Shown here piece after piece: positions 26,974-36,339 of a stretch of 64,000 nucleotides of DNA (position 1 is the stretch's first letter; the number at the start of each line of letters is the position of its first letter). Made by a program: the position numbers and the translations under genes. The stretch covers positions 2,102 through 66,101 of the IMG/VR virus record IMGVR_UViG_3300031084_000275; one strand, written 5' to 3'. The notes below the pieces were generated by a model that saw only the letters and a list, made by a program, of their open reading frames with translations, did no database searches and was not told the DNA's origin. This DNA is from a virus.

Positions 26974-28014
26974 TTAAGCGCCCTTGATCTTCAGGAAGGC
27001 CAGCGGAACGTTCTTGCGCGAGACGACGCGGTTCCAGTTAGCTGCCTTGCGCAGATCGGCCAGCAGCGGCGTGAATTCGTCTTCGCTGGTTGCGGCACCG
27101 GTGCGGCCGTTGGTGTTGGCGCGGTTGGTGATGTCGGCACCGGTGAACTGGAAACCGAACGGGTGCAGCAGCCAGGTCTTGCGCTCCCACAGCGTTTCCA
27201 CGCCGCCGCCGTTGCCCGCGCGCGCTTGGCGCTCGACTTCCACCGGCACCTCGGGCGAGCCCTCGCCGTAGCCGAACGCGCCAGCACCGAACAGCACGGC
27301 TGTGGTGGTGATCACCGACGGGTCCCCGGCCGCGACCGCAGGCATCTCGTCGTCCACGATGATGCGTTGGCCCATGAAGGTCGGGATGGTCAGCTTGCCT
27401 TCACTGTCAGGCACGAAGTCGATGTCGTCGGCGTCGACCATCTGCTTGTAGGCCAACGAGTGCACGGCGATGGCCGACAGCTTGCCGAAGGCGTCGCCAA
27501 GCGTGAATACCGCGGAGGTGAAGGCCTTGCGCGACCAGAGCGCGGCCGAGCCGTCGTAGACCATGTCGCCGTTGTCGTTTGCGACGTTGTCGGCCAGCAC
27601 GCCGAGGGCCGACGAGATCACGCGCTTCTGCCACTGCTTCTTCCAGTAGGTGCCGAAGCGATTGCGGATGCGCTGCATCGGGCTGGAGCCGGCCAACTCG
27701 GTGACCAGGTCAGCGGCGCTGTAACCCTGGTTGAAGTAGCCGATGCGGGCGCGCTGCACGCCCGAGCCCAGCTTGCCGGGTGCGGCCATATCGGCCGGGT
27801 CATCATTCGAAGCGTTCGGCTCGACGCTGGCATCGAGGTCGCGCCAGAACGGGATCTGGATTTCTTGCCCGCCGATGTTGGCCTTCTGGTCCAGGAGTTC
27901 GCTGCGGACGACAACGCCCGATTCGAAGAACGCCGTGTTTTCCGGCGAATCTTCGGCTTGGTAGGCCGCGTAGACGGCGGGGATGACGGCGTCGGAAAGA
28001 CGAGTAACTGCCAT
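26974..28014 (-). CDS. Major capsid protein
   Basis: 346 aa after the scaffold gene; AVHSLAY...TFMGQRIIVDD. Confidence 0.9.
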   Translation of the reverse strand: MAVTRLSDAVIPAVYAAYQAEDSPENTAFFESGVVVRSELLDQKANIGGQEIQIPFWRDLDASVEPNASNDDPADMAAPGKLGSGVQRARIGYFNQGYSAADLVTELAGSSPMQRIRNRFGTYWKKQWQKRVISSALGVLADNVANDNGDMVYDGSAALWSRKAFTSAVFTLGDAFGKLSAIAVHSLAYKQMVDADDIDFVPDSEGKLTIPTFMGQRIIVDDEMPAVAAGDPSVITTTAVLFGAGAFGYGEGSPEVPVEVERQARAGNGGGVETLWERKTWLLHPFGFQFTGADITNRANTNGRTGAATSEDEFTPLLADLRKAANWNRVVSRKNVPLAFLKIKGA

Positions 28015-28020
28015 GGTGGC

Positions 28021-28830
28021 TTATTCCTTTTTTGCGGTGGCGGCCGCTTGCAGTCGCGCGAACTCGTCCGGATTCTTCCGGTAGAGCGCGACGTGCTCGG
28101 CCTCGGTCATTTCGTTGAAGGGTTTCGTGGCCTTGCCACCGGTATTGCCGGGCGCGCCGGCGCCTGCAGCCCTGGGCCACAGGTGAGGGGCGGTTTCCTT
28201 GAGAGATTCCGCCCACTCGGAAGGGGAAAGCGCGGTCTTGCCGTCTTTGCCGAGGATGGCCTGGCCATCCCGGTCGACAGCGATCACCTCGCCGACGTCG
28301 TTGAATGCGAACTGCCCTCGGCTGCGATACACGAAGTCGTCGGCAGCCTCGGGCAGCGCACCCGCTTTCGTCGCGGCGCTGCGCACCGCATCAGCCAGCG
28401 CACGCTCGCGCACCGCAGCAGACGAACGCTCAGCAGCGTCGGCACGATCGTTGGCCGCCTTGATTTGCTTGGCATGCTCAGCCTGCAGGCGCTCGGTGCG
28501 ACGCGCGAACACGTCGTCGATCTTGCCTTCAGCGATCAGCTTGGTTTCCTCGTCCTGGCCGACCTTCTGCAGAAGGCCTTTGACGGCATCCATGTCTAGG
28601 CCTTCCAACTGGCCGTTGAGCGCGTCGAACTTGGTCTTGATATCTTTGTTCGACGCGAGCAGCTCGCTGTTCTTGGCCTTCAGGCCGGCGACCTGCTGCG
28701 CGACAGCAGCATCGATCAGCGCCTGGACCTCGGGGGTGATCTGCGGCGGAGTGCCGCCGCCACCGCCACCGGTTCCATCATCGGCAGGGGCCATCAGGCG
28801 GGAAAGGAGCGCGCGTTTACGGAGGTTCAT
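28021..28830 (-). CDS. Scaffolding protein
   Basis: Coiled coil; GAGAPG C-terminal linker; position. Confidence 0.8.
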   Translation of the reverse strand: MNLRKRALLSRLMAPADDGTGGGGGGTPPQITPEVQALIDAAVAQQVAGLKAKNSELLASNKDIKTKFDALNGQLEGLDMDAVKGLLQKVGQDEETKLIAEGKIDDVFARRTERLQAEHAKQIKAANDRADAAERSSAAVRERALADAVRSAATKAGALPEAADDFVYRSRGQFAFNDVGEVIAVDRDGQAILGKDGKTALSPSEWAESLKETAPHLWPRAAGAGAPGNTGGKATKPFNEMTEAEHVALYRKNPDEFARLQAAATAKKE

Positions 28831-28964
28831 GGATGTGTCCCTTGGACGAGGTGTGCCGACCCTGGGCCGGAAATGAAAAACGCCCGGCTTAGCCAGGCGC
28901 TTGGAAACAAAAAGGCCACCTTGTCGGGTGGCCTTGAACTTTTACGCACTCAGTAATTAAGGCG

Positions 28965-29279
28965 CTAAATGGGCTGCGGAGCGACCTGAGCCTTTAAGGT
29001 CATCCGATTTCCCATGCGGGTGAATCTTTCAATCTTTCTGAGCTTCATTGCAGTCGATTTCGCATTCCCAGGCCACTGAACGTAGAGCGGACACGTCTCG
29101 TTCGCGAGCAGGTAAGCAGCCCAATCAGCATCGGCGGCATTTCCCATTTCAATCGTTACGACGAGATAGTCCTGGTCAATGGAACCCAGCGCCGATATCG
29201 ACAAAAAAGCCCCAAAAAGAGCAAACAGAAGGGGATCTACATCAACAGGCTGTAACGATCTTGGAGCAGACGCGCTCAT
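28965..29279 (-). CDS. Moron hypothetical protein in the head module
   Basis: AGGAG RBS; one hydrophobic segment; lower GC; followed by hairpin terminators. Confidence 0.5.
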   Translation of the reverse strand: MSASAPRSLQPVDVDPLLFALFGAFLSISALGSIDQDYLVVTIEMGNAADADWAAYLLANETCPLYVQWPGNAKSTAMKLRKIERFTRMGNRMTLKAQVAPQPI

Positions 29280-29438
29280 GTGTCTCTCACTCCTGCGATC
29301 TGGGCTTGCAGCTGCATCGAAATAGCCATGAACAGCCAAGCCTGCGGACGCTCATGGAGCGGGTATTCCTCGACTATGTGAATCTGCCACCACTTCATGA
29401 AGAAGTGATCGGCCATATCTGGCTTGCTGGGCTGGGGA

Positions 29439-30620
29439 TTACCTCGACGTGGCACCAAATACCTCTCGGAACGTCTGCGCGTCTTTTGCGCGCAGTTGCT
29501 CGAGAGTGTATTGCCCGCCGCGAGGATCTGCGAAGCGATCCAGGGTGTAACCGCCCTTTTTGTACAGCTCGTAGCGCTTAGGTCCCAGCCACTCACGCTG
29601 GAAAGCTGCGTCCTGGTCGGCGAACCAGTCAGCGTATTTCGTCGTGGCCTGGACCTGCCCGACCTCCAGCCCTGCCCGTTCGCGCTGGCGCTTGGTCATG
29701 TCGCCGACCGACCGGAAGGTCTTGTCGCCGTCGCGGCCCACTACCTTCAGCGCTCGCACATAAGGCCTGGTGCCGACTGGACCATCGTCGAAGTACGGCA
29801 CCTGCACTGTGCGGCAGTGATAGTGGTACGGCGGCTTTGGATGCGGCTCGCTGACCTTGTGGCGCCGGCCGTCTATCGAAGCGCAGAACTTGGACGTCCG
29901 GCCGTCGAGCGTTGCCAGGTCCATCACCTCCTCGACGCCCATCGCCTGCCACGCGGTGTTGTAGGACACGTTCGACACGTGGTTGCGACCGGTGCGCACC
30001 ACGCGCTCGATCTCGTTCTTCGTGATCTGCAGGATGCCGTCGGTGAAATCCAGTTGCTCCGTACCACGCAGCGCGCGCACCACTTCGACGTTGCTCTTGC
30101 CCTCGGCGATGCCAGCGCGGACCGTCGAATACACCCTGTCCTTGGTGTCGGCGCTGACCTTGGCCAGGGCCTCGTCCACCAGCTTGCCGAGCATCGGCTG
30201 GTCCATCGCCGCCTTGTATCCGTTGGGAAGCGACTTCGGCACCAACGGGATCTCGGCGACTTCCCTCAGCAACGATGCGGCGAAGCTGACTTCGTGCGCA
30301 GCGAAAGCCGGTACCGAGGCCGCCCAACTGGCAGCGATCGTTCCACCCAGCGCGACGACCCAGCCTTCAATCGCCGCTTGCAGCGCCTTGAGCCGGCTGG
30401 TGGTGTACTTGCCCTGGGCGAATGCCTGCAACTCGGCGGGGCTCAGCCCTTCGAGCATGTCGCCCAGCTCCAGGCCCAGCTTGCGGGAGAGAGCGTCGAC
30501 CTCGGCATTCAACTCGGCCAGCTGAGCGCTTGCCGCCCGGTAGCCGTAAGAGGTGTGCTGGCTTATCGCCGCTGACAGTGCGCGAATCGCTGCGTCGCGG
30601 TCCTCGTCACTGATTGCCAT
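29439..30620 (-). CDS. Head morphogenesis protein (SPP1 gp7/Mu F-like)
   Basis: ATLDGRTSKFC...PPYHYHCRTV. Confidence 0.9.
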   Translation of the reverse strand: MAISDEDRDAAIRALSAAISQHTSYGYRAASAQLAELNAEVDALSRKLGLELGDMLEGLSPAELQAFAQGKYTTSRLKALQAAIEGWVVALGGTIAASWAASVPAFAAHEVSFAASLLREVAEIPLVPKSLPNGYKAAMDQPMLGKLVDEALAKVSADTKDRVYSTVRAGIAEGKSNVEVVRALRGTEQLDFTDGILQITKNEIERVVRTGRNHVSNVSYNTAWQAMGVEEVMDLATLDGRTSKFCASIDGRRHKVSEPHPKPPYHYHCRTVQVPYFDDGPVGTRPYVRALKVVGRDGDKTFRSVGDMTKRQRERAGLEVGQVQATTKYADWFADQDAAFQREWLGPKRYELYKKGGYTLDRFADPRGGQYTLEQLRAKDAQTFREVFGATSR

Positions 30621-31983
30621 CGTCTACGCCGCCGGGATTCTCCACGTGCAGCGCCTCCTCGTTGTAGTCGTGCTCGGGCATCTTGCCGCTGGTCAGATAG
30701 AGCCAGTAAGTGTTCCAGCTCACTCCACCAGCGATGACGGCGGCCTGCAGCTGCTGCAGCACTTGCGGATCGACCACAACCGGGTTGAAGTCCGGCTTCA
30801 CTCGGAAGATCACTTCCGCCGGGTTCGCGCCCTTCCACTCGGCGGCGTACCGCAAGGCCTGCTCGATGGCTTCAGCTACGGTGATCACCACGCTGTGCAG
30901 GGTTGCGTGCTGGTCGTTCTGCCGGGTCTTGCGAGCCTCGCCCGATTCCGTGCCGCCTACGTCCATGACACGGGCACCGGCTTCGAGCGCGGCATTCTTC
31001 TGGTCGTTCATGGCCTGGCGGTTGGCATCAATGCCCGCGCCCTGGAACTCGAGGTAGCCGCAGGTGCCGTTCGGGCCCAGATCCCATGCTGCAGACGGGC
31101 CGGTCACAGCCAGGTCGGCGTCCTCGTCCAATCCGGACACCCACGGTTGCGGATGGCTGGTCTGGTGCAAGGCCGTGAAGTAATCGGCGCTGATCTGGTA
31201 AGACTTCAGCGCTGCCTTCGCCATGGTCAGCAGCGGCACCTCGTCGATGGCCGAGCCATTGTCCGTAGACCCGCAGAACACGATCGGCAGGTAGGGAATC
31301 GCCTTGACCGTCTCGCCCGCGGTGTTGGTGTGCCCAGGAGTCACCGTCGGCTTGACCTCGCTGCCGTCTTCCTTCAGCACGCGGACGCGGTACTTGCCTT
31401 CATCCAGATCGAGCACCCGATACACCGCGTCGGTGTCGTGCGAGAACTCGTCTGCGTCAGGTTTGGCACGGCGCTCGGCCAGCACCACCAGCGACAGATC
31501 CTCGCGCCCGCCCTGGTTCGTCGACTTCCAGTTGATCGCGCTCATGGCGTTGTAGCGCGCCATGAACGGGCGGCCGTCGTCATCCACGTCGACCAGCAGT
31601 GCCTGGCGGCCCATCGCCAAGACCTCGACCACGGCGCGCATGAACAGCTGTCTCAGGCTGTAGCCGTCGCTGGTGGCGTTGGCTTCCATCTCAGCAATCG
31701 CCGCAGGCAGCTTGATCTCGGGGATCTGTCGCGACACCAGGCCTGTCATTGCCCTGACGCCATCCTTCACCCAGTGCTCGTACTGCGCGCGGTCGGTGTA
31801 GTTCCGGTACAGCCGGCCTTTGTCGTCGCCCTCGCCCGCTTCTTCTGCTGCGGCCATGCCGGCGGGCTTTGGCAGGTTCGACGTGTCCGCCTTGACGGCA
31901 AGCTCGCCCTCCAATGCCTGCGCCATCATTTCCCACTCGGGGAGATGTGCGACATAGTCGGGGTGTTGAGTGGTCACAGGCAT
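30607..31983 (-). CDS. Portal protein (DUF4055-like)
   Basis: MPVTTQHPDY; ESGEARK; follows the terminase. Confidence 0.85.
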   Translation of the reverse strand: MPVTTQHPDYVAHLPEWEMMAQALEGELAVKADTSNLPKPAGMAAAEEAGEGDDKGRLYRNYTDRAQYEHWVKDGVRAMTGLVSRQIPEIKLPAAIAEMEANATSDGYSLRQLFMRAVVEVLAMGRQALLVDVDDDGRPFMARYNAMSAINWKSTNQGGREDLSLVVLAERRAKPDADEFSHDTDAVYRVLDLDEGKYRVRVLKEDGSEVKPTVTPGHTNTAGETVKAIPYLPIVFCGSTDNGSAIDEVPLLTMAKAALKSYQISADYFTALHQTSHPQPWVSGLDEDADLAVTGPSAAWDLGPNGTCGYLEFQGAGIDANRQAMNDQKNAALEAGARVMDVGGTESGEARKTRQNDQHATLHSVVITVAEAIEQALRYAAEWKGANPAEVIFRVKPDFNPVVVDPQVLQQLQAAVIAGGVSWNTYWLYLTSGKMPEHDYNEEALHVENPGGVDDGNQ

Positions 31984-33471
31984 TTAAGACAGTCCTCGAA
32001 TTTTTCTTACGGACGCCGCGCGCCTCCTGCGGCCCATTGCCACAGCGAAGTACCGGAACGCGTCGGAGCCGTGTGAGGCCCAGTCATGAAGCGGCTTGTC
32101 TTTCCAGCAGCCGCGCTTGTCGTCCCACTCCTTTCGGTAGTTCTCCAGGCACGCAATCCCGGTTTCGCAAGTCGCCTGCTGGAAAGCGCACAGCGGCAGG
32201 ATTTCGCGCACCTGGTCGATGCCATCGTCGACGCCGATCTTCGGCACGACCTTGAACGTCAGGGTGTACTTGGCGCCGTCGATCTCGTAACCCTCGCGAG
32301 CCAGCTCGCGGCGCGTCTTGCCGTCGCTGCCGAATTCACGGTTGTCGATGTCGTGCGGCCCCCAGTGCTCACCGTAGGAATAACCCTTATCCTTGAGGAT
32401 CTTCAGGTAGTGCCGCAGGCCTTCGCCGCTGTTCTCGTAGAAGTCGATGATGTGGAACTCTTCACCCACCATCCGCACGAACCAGATCGCCGTCGAATCG
32501 CCGACCCCAATATCCCAGAAGGTGTGCACATCCTGGTGATTGTTGTCGGGCAGGTCTCCGATGCGCTGCTGCGCATAGAGCTTGGCGAACTGCTTGGCGT
32601 AATAGGCGCCGTCGACCGACTGCTGGAAGGCCTCGGCCGGGATCGACGGGTATTCCCGCTTCATGTCCTCACCAAGCGTCTTCTCTTTCGCGTGATACCA
32701 GGCCTTCTGCGCGGCAGTGAGTGCGATGCCGAACTTGCCGGCCAGTTCGGCGAAGTAGTCGACCAGGCGGGCTGGCAGCGTCGTCAGCGGCTCGATCTGG
32801 TATTCCGGGTTCTTCCACCAGCTGAAGAAGAAGAATTTCCAATCCAGCTTGCCGAGCGGCTGTTTGCTGGCAGCCTGCTTCTCTGCCGTCTGTGAGTACT
32901 CGAAGAAGTAGCCTGCACGGCCCTCAGCGGTCGACTCAATCGTCACGAAGCAGTCGGCAGCCACAGCCTCGAATGCACCGGTCACGATCTCGCGCGCCTT
33001 GTGCGGGAACTTCGCGCAGATCTTGCCGAACTCGGACACGTGCAGGTAGCGCAGCGTGCCGCCCCGGAAGGAGGTGCTTACGTAAAGCGAGCCGCCCTTG
33101 CCGAAGACCAACTCGCCGGCCGCGTCATTCCTGGCCGGGTTCGCAAGCCGGATCTCGGCGGGCAGGTGGTCGTAAGCGAACTTGATCTTCTCGCGGAACA
33201 GCCGCTTGGCGTCGTTCAGCGTATGGGCGATCAGCGCGCACTTGGCAGACTCGAACAGCGCGGCATCCAGCTGGATGATGCACTGCTCGGTCGTGAACCC
33301 AAGCTGCCGCGCCTTCAGGATGATGTTCCTGGTGTGCAGCCCTTCGTAATACTCGCGCTGCTCCGCCGTCATGCGGAAGCGGACTTTCTTGCCAGCTTTA
33401 TCGTTGACGAAATAGAGGTTGTTCAGGCGCCAATGCTTGTCCCTGAGCCGCAGCAAGTGCTCGGGCTTCAT
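31984..33471 (-). CDS. Terminase large subunit
   Basis: ILKARQLGFTT (Walker A), ESTAEG, WDIGVGD, HGSDAFRY. Confidence 0.95.
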   Translation of the reverse strand: MKPEHLLRLRDKHWRLNNLYFVNDKAGKKVRFRMTAEQREYYEGLHTRNIILKARQLGFTTEQCIIQLDAALFESAKCALIAHTLNDAKRLFREKIKFAYDHLPAEIRLANPARNDAAGELVFGKGGSLYVSTSFRGGTLRYLHVSEFGKICAKFPHKAREIVTGAFEAVAADCFVTIESTAEGRAGYFFEYSQTAEKQAASKQPLGKLDWKFFFFSWWKNPEYQIEPLTTLPARLVDYFAELAGKFGIALTAAQKAWYHAKEKTLGEDMKREYPSIPAEAFQQSVDGAYYAKQFAKLYAQQRIGDLPDNNHQDVHTFWDIGVGDSTAIWFVRMVGEEFHIIDFYENSGEGLRHYLKILKDKGYSYGEHWGPHDIDNREFGSDGKTRRELAREGYEIDGAKYTLTFKVVPKIGVDDGIDQVREILPLCAFQQATCETGIACLENYRKEWDDKRGCWKDKPLHDWASHGSDAFRYFAVAMGRRRRAASVRKIRGLS

Positions 33472-33473
33472 GG

Positions 33474-33998
33474 TCAGGCCTCATTCGACAGCGCATCCAT
33501 CAGTGCCGACAGCTCGTTGATCGACTTGTCGCCTTCCTCGGTGTCGAGGTTGTACGCCTGGCGCTCGCCCTTGATCACCTTCAACTGGGCATCGACGCCA
33601 GCATTCAGGGCCCTGGAGAAATCACCGAGATTGGCTTCCGTGACCGCCATGGCTCGGAGGGTCGCGCTCAGCTTGTTCGCGATGCTGCGCCACTGGGCCA
33701 GATCAGTGCGATGTGCCAGCACGACAGAGGCGGCTTCGGTGGCAGCCTCCTCGACGATCTCATTGTCGGTTCGCGGTTCGCAGTGCGAACTGTCGGCGCG
33801 AACATCGGTGCGAACCAGCTTGCCCTTTGCGGCCTGGCGCACCTGTTCGGTGAGGTCGCGGCTCCACCCGTTCTTCTTGGCCTTGCTGCGGATGGCCGTG
33901 TCGCTGATCTTGTGGCGTTCAGCTATCGCGCGGACCGAAAGCGACCCGGCCCGGAAGGCGCGCTCGATCGCCTCCCAGTCGGGTTGCTTCGTTGTCAT
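33474..33998 (-). CDS. Terminase small subunit
   Basis: PDWEAIE..FRAG.LSVRAIA...AKKNGW HTH. Confidence 0.8.
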   Translation of the reverse strand: MTTKQPDWEAIERAFRAGSLSVRAIAERHKISDTAIRSKAKKNGWSRDLTEQVRQAAKGKLVRTDVRADSSHCEPRTDNEIVEEAATEAASVVLAHRTDLAQWRSIANKLSATLRAMAVTEANLGDFSRALNAGVDAQLKVIKGERQAYNLDTEEGDKSINELSALMDALSNEA

Positions 33999-34149
33999 GT
34001 TGGATTCCTTGGGGTGCGCGCCATCCGGCTATGCGTGTGCACTGGCGCCTGCGGCTCGCGCCTTCCAGCAATGCCGGCGCGGGCGATATGCGAAGTCCCG
34101 CCGATTTACCCGTCGGCGGCAGGCTGGACCTGTAATTTTCGGGGGCAAT

Positions 34150-34395
34150 TCAGTCGAAGGTGAACTCGACGCGGCCGAACACCTGCTGCAGCTTGAGCCG
34201 GTCGCGGCGGCGGTTGATTGCCAGCCACCCGGCGGCGTCACGCTGATGGATGACTGCGACGCCGCGCTTGGTATCGGCGGTGACGCACTCCTTCTGTTCC
34301 ACACCGTCAACGAAGACGCGGACCTTCCTGCGGCTCGGGCCCAGGGCGCGGTATGCCGCGAAGCCGGGGTCGCCTTTCTCAACGGAGAAGCGCAT
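34150..34395 (-). CDS. Small phage hypothetical protein
   Basis: MRFSVEKGDPG...FGRVEF; AGGA RBS. Confidence 0.6.
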   Translation of the reverse strand: MRFSVEKGDPGFAAYRALGPSRRKVRVFVDGVEQKECVTADTKRGVAVIHQRDAAGWLAINRRRDRLKLQQVFGRVEFTFD

Positions 34396-34545
34396 CGGAG
34401 TTCCTGTAGGTCGTGGGGCCGCTTTCGCGGCGGGCGCCGGTCGGAGCCAGTCTGTGGTGGTCGCCCCGGCGGGCGGGGTGCTTCTCTGGACGATGACGGC
34501 GGCTGCTCCCACTGCAAAACGTCGCGCGCGGCGCTTTGCGGTAGG

Positions 34546-34648
34546 CCCTGTCGGCGGGGATTCGAACCCGCGGAGTACCCAGCATTGCCTGCATCGGCCC
34601 TGGCTACCCTGTAGATGCGTCAGCCTTCAACCTCTCGGCCACGACAGG
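34546..34648 (-). tRNA. Class II (Ser-like) tRNA-like element, anticodon indeterminate
   Basis: 7-bp acceptor stem CCTGTCG/CGACAGG, G73, D-arm TGGCCGAGAGGTTGAAGGC, T-arm GGGTTCGAATCCC; anticodon region expanded and poorly paired; no encoded CCA. Confidence 0.5.
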
Positions 34649-34653
34649 ATTGG

Positions 34654-34724
34654 TGGAGCGGGTACCGGGAATCGAACCCGGGCGGCATCGTTGGCAACGA
34701 CGACGGCAACCACTGCGTACCCGC
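34654..34724 (-). tRNA. tRNA-Gly(GCC) with truncated D-arm
   Basis: GCGGGTA/TACCCGC stem, U73-CCA, TTGCCAA loop, CCGGG-TTCGATT-CCCGG; D-arm GCA-GTGGT-TGC. Confidence 0.75.
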
Positions 34725-34725
34725 A

Positions 34726-34802
34726 TGGAGCAGAAAGGGGGAATCGAACCCCGCCCGGCCGGCCGGCTTGGAAGGCCAGCGACGCGCCACGCGCTTTCCT
34801 GC
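34726..34802 (-). tRNA. tRNA-Gly(TCC) with truncated D-arm
   Basis: GCAGGAA/TTTCTGC stem, U73-CCA, CTTCCAA loop, TTCGATT T-loop; D-arm CGCG-TGG-CGCG. Confidence 0.7.
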
Positions 34803-34812
34803 TCTGAGATGC

Positions 34813-34844
34813 AAAAAAGCCGCCTCGGTTTCCCTGGCGGCTTT
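34813..34844 (-). terminator. tR'-like terminator upstream of the tRNA cluster
   Basis: AAGCCGCC...GGCGGCTTTTTT. Confidence 0.7.
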
Positions 34845-34856
34845 CGGGAGCGTTTG

Positions 34857-35156
34857 CTACGCGCGCAATCGCCCGGCGTCATTGTCGCACCCAGCATTAC
34901 AGATGGGGCTATGTCCGTGTCGCAGACTGCGACATTCCCAGACGTAGTACGCCGACTTCTCGGCGGGTGCCTCCTTCCTGATCTGGCCGGACTCGATCAG
35001 CGAGTCGAGCACGCGCAGGACAGCCTGACGCGCCGCATTGCGCTCCTTCACCTGCAGGACGCGCCCCCGCGAAACGTATCGCAGGATCTCCGCCATGCGG
35101 AACTCGCGGCCCGGGTACGCGCCCATCAAGTCGATGACCTCGTGTGCGTACTTCAT
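34857..35156 (-). CDS. Winged-helix-like phage protein
   Basis: YPGREFRMAEILRYV...; 4-bp overlap. Confidence 0.6.
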   Translation of the reverse strand: MKYAHEVIDLMGAYPGREFRMAEILRYVSRGRVLQVKERNAARQAVLRVLDSLIESGQIRKEAPAEKSAYYVWECRSLRHGHSPICNAGCDNDAGRLRA

Positions 35157-35605
35157 CGCAGAGCCCTCCCCACCGCAACCTGGGCCTGGCCAAGTGCCAG
35201 CGCAAAGTAGGTCGACGCGATGCCCAGCTTGGCGCTGGCCTCTTCCATTCTGGCCTTGCGCGTCTCGGCTTCGAACTCGTGCCGACGCGTGTATTCCGCC
35301 TGAATGATGCGCTGCTCGATCAGCGGTAAAGCCTGATAGATCACGTCCACGGCGCGTGCGCGGTCGTGGTTGACCGGCAGCGGGCGCGGCGGGTCCGCCT
35401 GCATCTCATCTCCTCCCGGAACGTCATAAAGATTCTGGTATTTTTCACCAGGTGCCGGCTCGTAGTGCGGCGTCACGTACTGGCGCTCCAATGACGCGCA
35501 GTCGGTCGGCCCAGGTCCAGGCATCGGGCCGCTCCAGCACCACCGCGACCAGTTGCACAACTCGTGGTGCCCTGCCTCACGCAGGGCCTCGTTCGACTTC
35601 TTCAT
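35153..35605 (-). CDS. Antitermination Q-like protein
   Basis: LCNWSRW...ARAVDVIYQALP...IIQAEY; position before tR'. Confidence 0.65.
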   Translation of the reverse strand: MKKSNEALREAGHHELCNWSRWCWSGPMPGPGPTDCASLERQYVTPHYEPAPGEKYQNLYDVPGGDEMQADPPRPLPVNHDRARAVDVIYQALPLIEQRIIQAEYTRRHEFEAETRKARMEEASAKLGIASTYFALALGQAQVAVGRALR

Positions 35606-35979
35606 GAGCGCATCACCTTCTTGGCCACGGCCGGGGCGCACTCGTCAAACAGGTGGCCGAGCAAGTAGCAAAACGGCTCGCCGTTGCCCGAGTGAGCGTC
35701 GATACCGGCAACCTGGAGGATGTCGAGCGCCGCATGTCCGAGCTCATGAGCCAGCGTGGACAGGCCGCCTTCGTACACCCCGATCAGGTAACGGCGCTCG
35801 CGCCCGCCTCCCCGCTCCAGGCGTGCGAACTGCCCGGCGAATCCCTCAGCATTGATCTTTGCCCCGTATGCATCGGCCGCGGCCTGCATCTGTTTGCGAG
35901 AAAGGATCAGGTGCACCTCGCCGCCGTAGAGTGGCACCGAGCAGATGCGCACGGCTTTGTAGCCGGTCTTCTTGCTCAC
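35602..35979 (-). CDS. Small HExxH metallopeptidase-like protein
   Basis: TLAHELGHAA...GEPFCYL. Confidence 0.6.
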   Translation of the reverse strand: MSKKTGYKAVRICSVPLYGGEVHLILSRKQMQAAADAYGAKINAEGFAGQFARLERGGGRERRYLIGVYEGGLSTLAHELGHAALDILQVAGIDAHSGNGEPFCYLLGHLFDECAPAVAKKVMRS

Positions 35980-36185
35980 ATTTCACCTCGCATCATCTTT
36001 GTCACGGCCGCGCCTGAGAGGTCGAGCTTCTGGTCGATCAGGCTGTGCAGCTTCTCGCGGGCTGCCGCCATGGCCGCATCGTCGCGCTCAAAAACGGCGC
36101 ACCGGTACTCCGCCTCCACGGCGGTGATGCGCTCGTTGTTGGCGGCCAGCTGCGCGAGCATCGGGGTCCAGGGTTTGGCGCTCAT
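35976..36185 (-). CDS. Small phage hypothetical protein
   Basis: 69-aa coiled ORF, overlapped chain. Confidence 0.6.
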   Translation of the reverse strand: MSAKPWTPMLAQLAANNERITAVEAEYRCAVFERDDAAMAAAREKLHSLIDQKLDLSGAAVTKMMRGEM

Positions 36186-36339
36186 CCTGCGATCGCCTTC
36201 GATACCTGCACGTTGGTAGTCAGCGCGACGACGGGGCTTTGCGATGCCGTGGCCAGCGCCTGGACGCGCAGCATCTCGCGCGAACTGGCGAACTCGCCCT
36301 GCTTCCAGTTGCGCACGGGCGGCGCGGTCTTTTCGGTAT

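Noticed and set aside
29345-29366. 11-nt match (TACCCGCTCCA) to the tRNA-Gly 3' end as a second att site
   Set aside because: Too short, no T-arm, no integrase nearby; likely chance
26809-34614. Long plus-strand ORFs (26809-28599, 29424-30575, 30553-32076, 33001-34614)
   Set aside because: Antisense shadows of GC-rich head and terminase genes; no RBS or motifs
34546-34648. Confident amber-suppressor tRNA call
   Set aside because: The CTA-bearing stem has only 3 of 5 pairs and a non-canonical loop; kept only as a weak option
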